A stretch of DNA of 64,000 bases, taken from NCBI RefSeq assembly GCF_009914755.1, contig NC_060933.1; one strand, 5' to 3'. The notes below the pieces were generated by a model that saw nothing but the letters and a program-made list of their open reading frames with translations, did no database searches and was not told the origin of the DNA. This document shows positions 1-21,087 of the stretch, piece after piece. The stretch's first letter is position 1. Each line of letters begins with the position of its first letter. Made by a program: the position numbers and the translations under genes. Source of the stretch: the human T2T-CHM13v2.0 reference genome, Homo sapiens.

Positions 1-210
1 TGGGAGGCCAAGGCAGGAACATTGCTGGAGGCCAGGAGTTTGAGACCAGCCTGGGCAATATAGTGAGACCTTGTCTCTGTTAAACACACACACACACACA
101 CACATACACACACAATCGCTTGAGCCCAGGAGTTTAAGACCAGCCCGGGCAATATAGTGAGAACTTGTCTCTATTAAACACACACACACGCGCGCACGTG
201 CACACACAGA
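1..210 (+). mobile_element. Two tandem Alu left-arm fragments, each followed by (CA)n
   Basis: ccaggagttt(g/a)agaccagcc(t/c)gggcaatatagtgaga...ttgtctct(g/a)ttaaacacacac occurs twice. Confidence 0.85.
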
Positions 211-265
211 GAGAAAGAGTAAAGGAAGCTCTGCTATGATGTTCTTTTCTCCTCCATCTGGTGCC

Positions 266-396
266 TTTTTTTTGTGGGGGTGGAGATAAGGTCTTGCTTT
301 GTTGCCCAGGCTGGTCTCGAACTCCTGGCCTCAAGTGATCTTCCTGCCTCAACTTCCCAAAATGCTTGGATTATAGGCCTGAGTCACTGTGCCTGG
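266..396 (-). mobile_element. Alu monomer (FLAM/AluJ left arm)
   Basis: Alu left-arm sequence, reverse complement. Confidence 0.85.
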
Positions 397-680
397 TCTT
401 GTGCCCTATTTTGTGACTCCTCTTTACAATACACTTTTCTGAAGAGAAGGTTTGCGGCCCTTGCTTCCACTTCCTGACCTCTGACATACTCCTCAGCCTC
501 CTGCTGCCTAGTTTCTGACTCTGTTCTTCAGGGTCCTCAGTGATCTCATTATTGCTAAATCCAGTAGATGCTTTATAGTCCTTATTTTGCCTGACCCCTT
601 GGTAGGTAACACTTGATCCTGTTGTTAACCTCCTGCTTGAAATGCTTCCCCTCCACTTCCTGTTTTAAGGTGTGCACACG

Positions 681-1165
<485 letters not shown>

Positions 1166-2367
1166 ATAGCGAACCTTTAAGAAATGGGAGGTGGTGGTGG
1201 TTGTTATTCCTTGATATTGTACTCTCCACATTTCTTTCTACATTTTGGCCTATGCTTTGTCGATTTCTATATTAGTTGAGGTCTGATCAGGGAATAAAAG
1301 CCAGTGAAGTTATTTCAAACAGAGAGACTATAATACAAGGAGTTAGTTGCATAGGTGATGGGTGGTAAATTGACCCAGAGAGTAGCAGTAGCAGGAAGTT
1401 GCTGTTACCCTCAGGACTGGAGGGTTAGGGGAAGAGGCGAAGTTAAGTAGAACCCAGGAGCTTCTGTGAGAACTAGACCTGTGGCAGGGTCATTGAGCAG
1501 GAGCTGGGACCTTAGAGGAAGGGGGCCCTGGAGGGGAGGCAGCCGCTGCCAGTGGCACGATCTGAGGCAGAGAGCAGGTTGGGACAGAAATACCCTGGCT
1601 TGTCTCCTCATCCTTCCCATTCTGGTCTAACATCAATATCTTTTATTAGCCAAAATAGCATCCCTGGTGGATGTGTGACCCTAACAGAGCCAGGCAGTCT
1701 TTCCTGAGATTTATGAGATGGATGATGGGGGAAAGAATGTCTTGCCTTTCTACTAGATTGTGAATGGTCATGTCCTTCAATGCAGAGAGTGCTTGGCTTA
1801 AGAATGAAGCCAGAGGGAAGTAGAGCTAGGAGAGGAAGAGGGGCAAGATCATTTGAGTTCAGGATCCGACTGTGCCAGCTGTGCCTGAAGTTAGAACGGG
1901 TTCCTGGTTATAGGGGGTCATAAATTCCCTTTTGTTAATACTGTTTTCAATTTGGTTTGCCACTTGAAACTTAAATTACCAATACCGTGACCTTAAAATA
2001 TGACTTGAAAATTGGGTTTTACCTGAGGAGTAGGGAGAATGGGGTGTTTATTCCTATTGGCAGCCCCACTAGCTGGGGGTATGTCTGCAGATCAGCTGAG
2101 GTCGCAGAGGTTGTGTTTTCACCAGGTCCGTGAAGTTGGAGGGGGCTTTCAGATGTGGGGTGGGAAAAGCCCCAAGGTGAAGGGCAGAGACAGGAAAGAC
2201 CTGTGGCCGCTGGAGGAGGACTGAATTGGGTCATGCGTTGGGAGTGGGTTTTGAGAGTCTAGAGGTGGAGATTAGTGAGAGACGAGGTGGGTAGACAGGT
2301 CAGGAGGTTAATGAGACTGTTTTGAGTGCTGTGATGTGGAGGTTAGCTTTTATTCTTTCAGCAGTAG

Positions 2368-2693
<326 letters not shown>

Positions 2694-3899
2694 CCCAAGA
2701 GGGTTTTTGAGCAGGGGGATGTGTGATCAGGGCTTGGGATGGGGAAAGACCAGCCGTGAAAGAGGTAAGATAGGAAGAATTAACCTGGTTTTGGTTGGAC
2801 TTGTTGCCTGACAAGAGAAAGATTAGAAAATATAAAGATGACAGATTTTGGTGTAGTGGGGGTGACTGACTAGAAAGTCCAGGAGATTGATGCTGAACAG
2901 TGGTGCCGTCTTTGAGAGGGGGGCGCAGACCGGGAAGCACATGTGCGAGTGAAGTGTAAAGATGACGTGGACACGGTTTCAAGTCAGGCATTCAGGACAG
3001 AGGATGCCTGAAGGCCACTGTTGCAAGCCTACTCAAACTTCAAGGCTCAAACAAATGCTGCCTCCAGGAAGCTCTTTTTTATTAAATAGATGTATAATCC
3101 CAGTAGATCCAAATAGAGACTGGAATAGAAGATGGAGAGGTTTGAGGTCAGAATTTAGACAAAGTGCATATTGACAATAAAGTAGGGGGTAGGATGTCAT
3201 CGCAGTTTGAAAATCAGGTGTTAGTGAAGGCCACTGGGAGGAAGGCCGGTGTTCCACGATAAATGAGAGCCTCTCAAAGTAAAATAAGTACATAAACAAC
3301 AGCCTGGCCAACAGGCGCTGATGCATGTATGAGCAATGGGGTTTGTTTACTAGACATTAGAGGACTCATATGCTGTCTTATGTCTGCCTTGCCCCATAGA
3401 ATTCTTCATTTTGGCAGCCAGCGCAGGGATCAGGAATTGTTGTTTGTGTGAATTTTTGTGTGTGTGTTGGTGGGGGGGGAAGTGGGATAGTGGAAAAGGT
3501 GTTTGGGGGTTCCTGCTTGAGAAGGGGCACAGAGGCGGGAAGAGCACACAGCGTGTTTGGGTGGCCGAGTGCAGGCGCTTTTCAAAACCCCTATAGCTCG
3601 TGAGCATATGCTACATACCTGGCTCTGTGCTACATGCTGGGGCTGTAGAGAAAGATAAAGAAGATCTCTCCCCCGAGAGGTTAATGGTCCAGTGAAGAAG
3701 AGAGACACATCAACAGATGGTTGCGGTAGCATGTGAAAAATGCTGCATGTATTTACTTAGCTCTGTGGCCTTGGGCAAGTTTCTTAACCTTGTAATGCCT
3801 CTGTTTCCCCTATCTAAAATTTGGATTATCTTACAGGGGGATTCTGAAGCTTAGCTGGGTGTTTAGTGTCTGGGGCACAGTAAAGGCCACAGCAGTGCT

Positions 3900-4390
3900 A
3901 AGTCTTGTCGTTGCCTTAGAAGCAGACCCTGAGAAAGCATTTAATCGCCCATAGTTCGCTTGAGAGCTGAAGGAACTGGCATTAGAGGAGCAAGGCAGCG
4001 AGACAGGGAAGGGAAGGCAATCAGCAGAGGCGACGTTACCAAGCCAGTTTCCACTGAGCAGAGCTGGAGCTTTACCCCACGGAGGAAGCCGCTGGGAGCC
4101 AGCATGGAGCACGAGCCTCGGTTATTCCCACTCCAGGTGAGGAAGCTGGGGTCTTCAAACAGCAGCTCTCTTTACTCATTGGTTGACGGCTGCTTGGGTG
4201 GGGTGTTTGGACGTGAATCACCAGGTGCTTTCTAGCCTGCCCCATGGGTGGGCAGAGGAGGTTCAGTGGCCAGGGGAAGCGGTCAGGCCAAGACATGCAG
4301 ATGCTGGTAGGTGGAAGTCAGACCAGTGGGCACTGAAGTGTGATCAGGGTGAGGGGTTGTATGGGTGGGGCACTGACAGCATCTGCTACA
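3900..4390. mobile_element. Old ERVL-type solo LTR (LTR16-like)
   Basis: agaagcagaccctgaga... motif resembles the LTR16 family; assignment by recall only. Confidence 0.4.
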
Positions 4391-4410
4391 GTTTATATAT
4401 GTATATATAT

Positions 4411-4768
<358 letters not shown>

Positions 4769-4799
4769 TAAAAGAATTATTTGTTAAACCTGAGTGACA

Positions 4800-5103
<304 letters not shown>

Positions 5104-5594
5104 TTAAATTTACGGGGTACCTATGTAATTTTGTTACATGGATAGATTGTGTAGTGAAATCCAGTGCTTTTAGGGTACCCATCACCCAAATAATGTATAT
5201 TGTACTCAATAATTTCACATCACCCACCCCTCTTCCATTTCCTCCACCCTTTCGAGTCTCCTTTGTCATTCCATGCCCTATGTCCATGTAGATGATGAAA
5301 GTTATGTATAGGGAATAAAGTAGGGTGAGACCTTGCTTTGGAGGATGGTGGCTTTTCCAAAGAAGATGATGTTTGAGCTGGAGAATGAAGGAATACATGT
5401 CTTACAAATGGACAGAAGGAAGAGCAACTCAGGCGGAAGAACCAGCACATACTAAAGCTTAGCAGTGTCAAGTGATGCACGCACAGCGAGCAAGGGGATT
5501 GATGAGGCTGGAAAGGTTGGTAGGGTCCTGGCTGTGGTCTGTAGTGGCAAATAGTAAGGACTTTAACCTGAGTAATTGGGAGACCAATTAAGTG

Positions 5595-5773
5595 TTTGTC
5601 GTCGTTGTTGTTGTTGCTGTTTTTTAAAGAGATGGGGTCTCACTCTTTTGGCCAGGGTGGAGGAGGGCAGTGGCACAATCATAGTTTACTAGAACTCCAG
5701 GGCTTAAGCAATCCTCCTACCTCAGCCTACTGAGTAGCTTGGACTGTGGGCATGTGTCACTGTGCCTGGCTAA
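5595..5773 (-). mobile_element. AluJ right-arm fragment
   Basis: Degenerate Alu right arm with (GTT)n tail. Confidence 0.8.
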
Positions 5774-6509
5774 TCTTTTCATTCCGATCAAGTGTTTTAA
5801 GCGGGGGAGGAACAGGGCCGTGTTTGGGGTTAGAGTCACTGATCAAGAACTAGCTGGGATTGGGTGGGTGGAGCCTGGCGGCAAGGAGTCCAAGAAGAAG
5901 GCTGTTGCAGTGGGAGGTTGGGGGAGGCAGTTTCAGTAGGGCTTTGGCTCACTGGATTCAGAGAGTGTACTGGTTAGTGGTTTGCTTGCAAATAATAGAT
6001 ATCTAGCTTGCATTAACTTAGCAAAAAGGTGAGCCTATAGACAGGCTTGCTTTAACGTAGGAGTAAGCTGGAACCAGGGGTCTGAATGCTACTGAGGGTC
6101 GGCTTTATTCTCTCAGACTAACATCATCGACGTAGGGGGAGTTGTGGCAGCGCGCCTCCCTCACATTGCACAGCTGTGCCTCCAGAAAGGGAGTGAGTCT
6201 ATCTTCCCAGGGGAAAAGGTCAGGGAGACCTGGCTTGGGTCACGTGCCTACCTTTAGGCTGATCAACTGAGCTCAACCTGGGCCAATCAACAGTGGCTTG
6301 GGGAGGAGACTGAAACAGTAAGGAAGTCCCAATTCCAGCTACCGGGTTCAGAAGCAGCTGTGAGGTGTGCAGGACAAACAGTGAAAGATCACTGTGGAAG
6401 AGACTCTAGGGTCACTGGCTTTAGGAACTGGCTGAATGATGGCAAGAATAGAACAGGAATTTGAGGAAAAGTAGGTCAAAAATTATAGATTTTCTAAGGC
6501 ATGTATGCC

Positions 6510-8810
<2,301 letters not shown>

Positions 8811-8814
8811 GTTA

Positions 8815-9143
<329 letters not shown>

Positions 9144-9544
9144 TAATGTTGCTCTTCATTTCCGTTGTTGATATCCTAATTGGATGTATGATTATCTAAA
9201 TGGTTTTCCTGGCTTTCATTCATTCAGGCCCTCCTCTCCCATCCAGTCTGTTCTGAGTACTGTAGCCAGAATCCACCTTCATAAAGTGCTGCCTTGTATG
9301 GATCATTCCCATCTTTGGAGATCTGCATTGACTCCCCATTGCTTACGCAGTAATGGTCCAAGTCCTTAGCCTGGCCTTCTGTGATCAGGTACCTGTTTAC
9401 CTCCCTGGTGCCCTCCTGGGAAGTTACGTCTCTGCCAAGTGATTTTCCTCGTGAGCTGCCTGGAATGTCATGCGAATTCTTGCTTTCCCACCCGTGCTAA
9501 GCTCATCCTCCTCTTGATGTTTCCAGCCGACATCTATTGCTTTA

Positions 9545-10218
<674 letters not shown>

Positions 10219-11390
10219 ACTTAGGAGAATTCTCTAATTCACTCAGAGGAAGTTCACTATCAGACAAGCATGCTTTCAGCTTTTCTCATTCAGCCTTGCC
10301 CAGTAGGTGTAGTTTCATATATGGCTAATGGTACAAACACCTGTGGAGGCAATTTGGCAACATATATCAAAATTACAAATACGTATGTTTCTTTTGATTC
10401 AACAAGTTCTTTTCTGTTTGTGTCTGTCCTGCGGATAAACTAGCATGTGAAGGGAGAAGGCTTTCTTTCCTCTCCACCTCTAGTTAACATCATTCAAGAC
10501 CTCTACATTGAGGTCGTTTCTGTCTTTTGATCCTCCCTTCACTTGCAGAAGTGCTTGGCCGCATAGCATCCTGGGCTGTGGGGCTGGCACTTGGCATCAC
10601 TTCTCCATCACTGCAGTGCCATCCTGCAGGAAAGTGTCCACTTCCCCAAGAGCTTGATGCCAGGAGTCTCCACTACTGTGGGTGCAGCCATGTCCATGCA
10701 GTCATCCTGAGGGCACAACTAAGGCATCTCTGTAGCTTGGCATGGACCAGGCACCACCCTGGCACAGACAGGAAGAGCTGAATCTTCACTTGGCTTCTGG
10801 GATTCCACTCACTGTTGGTTCCTTATGTACCTTACTGGCTGTTCCTCCTCTGTCTCCTTGGCTGGTTCCGTCTCATCTCCCTAGCTCTAAATGTTGGACT
10901 GCTGTAGGACTCCATTCTGATATGGCCTCTCTTCATCTGCATGGTGTCCCTAAGCAATCTCATCCAGCCTCACACATCTACACACTGATAACTCCAGGCC
11001 AGAAACCTCTCTCCTGAATTCCAAATTCCTGTCTCCCACTGCCTTCTTGATGTTTAACCCTGCATCTCCAACAGGCATGTCAAGCTAGTTATCTAGCTCA
11101 CTCTTAATTCCAAGGATAAGCCTTGGAATTAGCCTCGGCTCTTCCCTTTTTCATCCCATACCTAAGCCATCAGCAAGTGCTTCTGAAATACCATGTCCAG
11201 AATCTCATCACTTCTCACTCTCTCCACTGCTGCTACCCTGACTGCTGTCATCCCCTCTTGCCTGCATTACTGTACCAGCCGCCTGACTCGTCTTCCTGCT
11301 TCCACCTTCCCACCTTCAGTCATATATCCAGGCAGCAACCGGAGGGATTATTTAAAACATAAGAAACATCAGTCGCATCATGTCTCTTGC

Positions 11391-11705
<315 letters not shown>

Positions 11706-11950
11706 TCTTTTTTGCTTTTGCTTGAAACCATCCAGAGACTTCTCAGTTCTCACACATTCCCCTCAAATCCTCCATGGGCTCCAAGTACATGGGTAATCTG
11801 GCTCTGCTGCTTCTCTGGCCTCCGTCCACTTCTCTCTCCCCCTGCCCACTCCCTTGCCTCAGGCCTTTTGGCCCAGACAGCCTGCAGGCTTGTTCATCTA
11901 TTTCATTCAGGCCTCCCCCAACCTCCCTGTATAAACTAGTAGCAGCCCCT

Positions 11951-12291
<341 letters not shown>

Positions 12292-14394
12292 TTATTCTCC
12301 CCCTTTACCTGGCTTTAATCTTGCTTCGCAGAACTTAAACCACCAGACATACTTTCTCCAGTACTGTGCTGTAAACTTCTTGAAGGCAAGGGGCCTGATC
12401 TGGTTTGCTTATTGCTTAATTTCCATGCATGAACCAAACCTGGTATGGGTGGAGTATACAGATATTTGGTGACTCAATAAATGGACCCGTGCTAAATGCT
12501 GTGTGTATAAGGATACCTGTTGCAGTATTATTTTTAATAGCAAAAGATAAAAGCTTATATGGCTATTAGTAGGGTGCTGGTTTTGTAAACTATGGTAGTT
12601 TTTGAAATGTGGTATTAAAAGGAATAAGGCAGCCCTGTATATACTTATATGCAACAATGGAAAAAAACGTTAAGTTGAAAAAATGTATAAATCGTGTATA
12701 GTCTGTCTTGCGTGTGTGTGAAAGAATTTATGTCAGTATGTCTGCCAGCCTTGGAAGGATGCAGCATTGCTGTGTCAGAAGGGTCCTTCTCCCAGCCCTC
12801 AAGAGTATAGTCTCCCCGGGTGGCTATTTGACCAAATTAGGGAGAAAGAATCTTCCCTCTCTCTTTCTAATTTGGTTAATAATGGTTGATACCAAACAAA
12901 CTCTGATCATGCTTCAAAAAAAGGGGCCAGTGAGGGCTCTCACTCATAGTCCTGTTGAGCAGTTATGACTGTTTTTGAGAAGGGATAACAGCCACATTTT
13001 CATAACTGCTCAAAACCCCAAAGAGATAAGGCTAAACTGTGACAAAGGGAAAAAAGAGACAGTGCTTTTCTGGTAGTTTTTCAAATCTGTTCAGGTCAAA
13101 TATGGGTGAATGTTGGCTTGTGGTGAGTTTTACCCTTTCCCTCTGTGGTCAATTTTGTGAACTTTTTGTTCTGGCTTGAGACATTCTTTTCTTTCCTGGT
13201 TCAAGTCATGGAGCAGGGGCAAACCTTCGGTTGTTTCACAGTTGTCCAGACTTTATTGGACCCCATTTCATGCCCTTGCCCCCATCCTTCCTGGCAGAGG
13301 ACTTTCCTTGCCTAGAACATTGCCAGTCTCCGTGAAAGAGGAAGAGGTGTTTTCAGCCCGGTGACGTTAGCTCTGTTCTGGTTTCCTTTAGAACAATCCT
13401 TATTCTAGTGAGGGGTTACTCTAGCTTCATTTCAGTTTCTCCCCAGAGAGAGGAACGACCAACTTGTCAACAAGTGGAAATGGAAGAAGTGTTTCTGGGA
13501 GGTGGCTCTGTTGGGGATTAGACTGACACCTCTTTGTAAGAGGATGCAGTTGAGTTGCCTTCACTCTTCTGCTGTAACCAGATCCTCCTCTCCAGGTGTG
13601 CTGGGAGACCTGGCACATTATTTTAGGTATTCTTGAAGCTTTTTGAGTAACCTAGAAAGTATCTCATATAGTATGATAGGCTAGACATTGTTTAGATTTG
13701 TGGATTGACAGGTGTGGGGCTGTGGTACTCGTGTGTGCGTGTGGAGATATCTAGGCGTGTCTCCCCTGCCATGGTTTGAGCAAAATGGTCACATCTTCAC
13801 TTCCAGTCTGACTCTGAAGAACAAGGTAGCCACTGTATTTTGCTTTTCTCAAATCATTCAAATTCTCTTAGATTTTGCTGTACCCAGTACTGAGTGTGAG
13901 TAGAAAGGGTAATGTTTATTAAAGATACATTGCAGTATCCCAAGATCGTAAGTTATGAAAGCAATGTTTGCATTTCACATAAACCAGTTTTGTTACTACA
14001 TAAACGAATATGTCTTCAAGTGTTGATCCTGGCGTGTTTGCTCCTTGATTTAAAACAAAAACACATTTCCCATTTTAAATTCTCCTTGTGTTTAAATTAT
14101 GAAAAGGCTACTTGAAAAGTCTTGCTATTGATTTATTCGTGAATCAAGGAACTTCCCAGCTATCTGTAGATTTGTGGTGTTGCAGTAAATGGGTCAAGAG
14201 AATCTGTTAATCTGTTAATTGTGAGAAACAATGTTGCCAGAAGCTAAATGAATAAAGCATACTTACCACCTCTTGTTCCAAAGCAAGGAAGCACACTGTG
14301 TAAAGAAGTTGAGAATTGTTAGAGAGGTTGGTTAGAGCAATGTAGGTGTGAGGCCGTTGCAGCTGCGTAGAGAGAATAGAGCCTTTAGAGTTGG

Positions 14395-14540
14395 CCAAGG
14401 GAGTTCTAATATAATCACTTACTGGCTGGCAATCACTTACCTCCTCTGAACCCTGTTGTCCCATCCATAAAATGGGGTTAATAATAGTACCTGTCTCATA
14501 AGGTTGTTTTGATAGCTTAATGAGATTATGTACAATAGGG
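14395..14540 (+). mobile_element. MIR
   Basis: cacttacctcctctgaaccctg...taaaatgggg..ataatagtacct core. Confidence 0.7.
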
Positions 14541-14620
14541 TCCAAAATCTCTTCTCATAACTGATAGTCATAACTCATATGAACAACATACTTTATATGG
14601 CTACAAAGAAGATTATTTGC

Positions 14621-14742
14621 TTTTTTTTTTTAAGAGATAGGATCTCGCTTTGTCATTCAAGCTGGAGTGCAGTGGCGTGATTGTGGCTCACTGCAGCTTT
14701 GAACTCCTGGGCTCAAGCAATCTTCCCAAGTAGCTAAGACTT
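14621..14742 (-). mobile_element. AluJ right-arm fragment
   Basis: Partial Alu. Confidence 0.8.
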
Positions 14743-15474
14743 ACATATATTTTGATAGATACTGATAGTAGGAATAGGTGCATCTTGAGGTGTGTGGTGT
14801 ACCTTAAATATTCAGAAAGTAAAAGATGAAAGAAAAGGAAGAATGCTTTCTAGAATAGTAAGATTATATAGTGAGACTATGATAAAACTCAAGGCATATG
14901 GGGAAGGGGAAACAACCAGTTCTGCAGAAAGAGTACATAAATTGTGGAGAAGAAAATCCTGAGTGAGCTAGGATTCATTTACTATAGATTATGACTTCAA
15001 GGCCAAATTACAGATAGCCTTAACAAATAAGCAGCTCACAATAAATATTCACAATTATGTTATATTTATATTACCATGGATCTGATTATAGTAGAAATGT
15101 TCACGTCTTCTCCTTAATTTGATTTTCATTTTGTTTCAATAAGTAAATTACTCTTGGCTCATTCAACATGATGATGCTGAAAAGAAAAGAGGAATCTTTC
15201 TATGTGACCTGTATGTCTTCAGAAGAAAGGTTTATTTCACTGGCCAGAAAACAGAATTCTCTCCCAGAGGAAATGGATGAGAGAAACTGGACTTAGGAAG
15301 TTCATATTCCATTCATTTATTCATCAAATATTTATCAAGTGTCGGGCACTGTGCTAGGTGCTGCTAGCCAAATCCCCACTGGAGAGTCTGTTGCATTTCA
15401 GGGCTTTTCAGGTTTCTGTTTCTCTTCTTCTACCCCAAGATTAAAAAGAGCAGTCTAAAACAGTGGAGAAAAAC

Positions 15475-15715
15475 CTGAAACCAAAATTGGCTCTTTGAAA
15501 AAGAAATCAAGAAAAATGACAGACCTTTAGCTAGATTGACTAAGAAAAAAAGAAGATTCAAATTACTAAAATGAGAAATGAAAGAGTGGGTCTGTAAGGT
15601 CATGTTACTAATGACCTTACAGAAAGGAAAAAGGATTGCAAGGAGGACTGTGAACCTGTGCCAATAAATTATGTAATTTAGACAGAATGGACAAATTCCT
15701 AGAAAGACACAAATA
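15475..15715 (+). mobile_element. Old L1 ORF2 fragment (sense)
   Basis: Decayed ORF2 sequence (gacctttagctagattgact; atggacaaattcctagaaag). Confidence 0.7.
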
Positions 15716-15927
15716 AAGCTGCCGTGATCATTCATGTGCAAGTCTTTGGTTGACGTGTTTTCATTTCTCTTGAGTAAATATCTAAGAGTCAAGTTACAAT
15801 GTAATGTGTGAGAGTTGGGTAGCTCCACATTCTTGTCAAGACTTGGTATTGTCAACTTTTTTAGTTTTAGCCATTCTAGTGAGTATGTAGTGATATCTCA
15901 TTGTGGTTATAATTTGTGTTTACATGA

Positions 15928-16366
<439 letters not shown>

Positions 16367-16370
16367 TAAA

Positions 16371-16674
<304 letters not shown>

Positions 16675-16764
16675 AAATTTTCTTTATATATTCTTATCAG
16701 GAGTTCTTTATATATTCTGGATATCGTATATTCTCCCATTCTGTGGCTTGTCCTTTTTATTTTA

Positions 16765-16770
<6 letters not shown>

Positions 16771-16813
<43 letters not shown>
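16771..16813. repeat. (TG)~21 microsatellite
   Basis: Perfect dinucleotide run. Confidence 0.98.
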
Positions 16814-16815
<2 letters not shown>

Positions 16816-18417
16816 GCAATGCATTCTCTTCACACAGAATTTAGAAGTTACAAAAATTTGGTGAAAAATCTTCCTTTTGCCCAGGGCCTAGCATCCCCTT
16901 TCCCTGTCAGCAGGTTTCCCTCCTCAGAGGCAACCAGTGTTACCAATTTATGGGGAAACTTTATAAAGATATGCTATGCATAAATGTAAAAATGCCTATG
17001 TGTAGTCTTTTTTTTTTTTTTTTTTTAAAGATGGTAGCATACCTTACTTTTTTGTACCACGCTTTACACATAACCTTAGTTCTTGGCGATTGTTCCATAT
17101 TAGCACATAGAGATCTTCCTCCCCACTAGTTGCCTCAACACTCTTCCTTCATTTTTAATGATTACATAGTATTCCATTGTTTCAATTAGTTCAGCACTTA
17201 CTATTCCAGATGAGAAGTCTGTGCAAGTGATTCTTTTTCTTCTTCATGTAGTCTTCTACATATCCTTAGATTTTTCTTCTTCTGAAATTTAGAAATCTCA
17301 CCATTCTTCTGGTATTTTATGTTTTTTGTTTTTTAATCCCCACTCAAAATCCAGTGGGCCCTTTTAGTTTTACTGCTTCATCTGCATCCTTTTTTGTTCT
17401 TGATTCTCTTTTTCTGGAGAAAGCACTTATGGATATCTGAGTTTTGGTCTGTCCTTTTTTAGGTTCACCTTTTCTTGTCTCATTTTATTGCATTTTATTT
17501 TCACTGTGTCTCTTGAGAGAATTCCTTGGTTTGATGTTCTATATGATGCATTTATTTTTCATTTCATTCTATCCTGGTGTTTCTACTTTTCTGTTTAATT
17601 TAAAGTTAAACCCACTTATGTTTGTTTAGTGTTCCCATGTTTTTGGACCTCCTCTGACTGTGATATCTAGATGATGATCTTGGCCAAGGACAAGAGCTGA
17701 TTAGACTTGAGCATGCCGAGTTTCCAGTCTGCAGATGTGCGGATCTTCTGCTTCTACCTTCTTGGTGATGCACATGCTGTTCCTCCTGCCCAGCACTGAG
17801 ACTTGCTCTTCTGCTACCACTGGGGTGCATATTTGTGTAGCCACACGCTCATGTCTATGTGTGTGTAAACATGTACATGTATGTATAGGCAGTGCACAGA
17901 GACTCTGCAGTCAGCCTTTGCCCTGGCTGTGGTGAGTGGATAGGGGTGGGGTAAGTCTGAGACGGGAGCAGATAGAGTCTAGGTCTTTGGAACTGCTCCT
18001 AGGCAGGCCTCCTTTCAGGATGTGTGGCTAATAACAGGACAGCAGGCTGGATGGACCCTTCTGAACTAAGGAAGTGGGGAAGAGTTTACCCTGCAGGTAG
18101 AGAATTTCATGCTCTTCCCACAATACCCTTCCTCTTTTCCTTCTTCCAGTTGCGTTAGCAACTTGGCACTCCACAGTCCTTTGCTCACCGCCCCCTGCCT
18201 TCCCAGTGCCTACTTCTGTTCTCAGTCTCTGTGGTCTCTGATTTTGAGTATTTTTCCAGACCCTATATAGCAAATCCCATGTCTTCCCAGATTTAGCATT
18301 TCCCACTGACCTTTTAGGTTTTGGTTCCTCAATTCTGGCTAAATCTGATTTTTCTGTAAATTTGATCCTGTTTGCTGTATCTCTTCCAGAAATTCCTCAA
18401 AATTTCTTATTGATTGA

Positions 18418-18974
<557 letters not shown>

Positions 18975-19099
18975 TCCATGTAATCTTAATAGTATTAACA
19001 GCAACAGCTTTTAAACTGAGTGGTTGCTATGTGCCACGCATTGTATCATACCCAATTTAATTGTTCCTTTATCTTTTACCCCTCATTTGCTAGGCAGAC

Positions 19100-19965
<866 letters not shown>

Positions 19966-20641
19966 AGATACCATGCTGGAGATAGAATAACAGCTACCAG
20001 GTCCATGCTTTCTCACACCTTATGGTTCAGTGCCAGAGGCAGGTGGATGAACAGGCAATGACAGCACAGATCATAAGTGTTATGAAAGAGCTAGGTACAG
20101 GGGCATGATGAGAGAACTTGGCGGGGGGGGATTTGCACAGCCCAGACTGGGCAAGTACTGGTGGGTGGGGAAGTTGGTTGAGAAAGAACACATCTTAGAG
20201 GAGGTATCTTTGGAGCTGAGTCTTGAAGCACAAATGGGCATTAGCTAGGTGAGTAAGGCATCCCATACAAAGTGCTCGTGGCACTTGGGGGAATTACTGA
20301 TGGTCTGAGGATTGGCAGGGAATTGGGTGCTGCTGGCACGTGTGATGTGAGGTGGCGAAAGTGTGTTCTCCCTTTAGATTCTCTTCATCTGTGGCCTTGC
20401 CTGTGAGGGCTCTAGCTGGTCCTGTATGCAATGTATTAGCGGGACATTTAGGTGTCTCCTTAGGAGGTGACGGATAGACTGTGTGAGTGGGAAGAGAAGA
20501 GTGAGCCTCATTAGCTTCACTGTGGTGAGCTTTTTGTGGATTCTCTTCACTCTGCATCATTCGTTTCTCCTTCTGTTTCATATTCTCTTTTTTTCCTTCC
20601 CGGTCTGTTGCTCAAGTGAACACATAGAAGAGGGTTATGTT

Positions 20642-21087
<446 letters not shown>

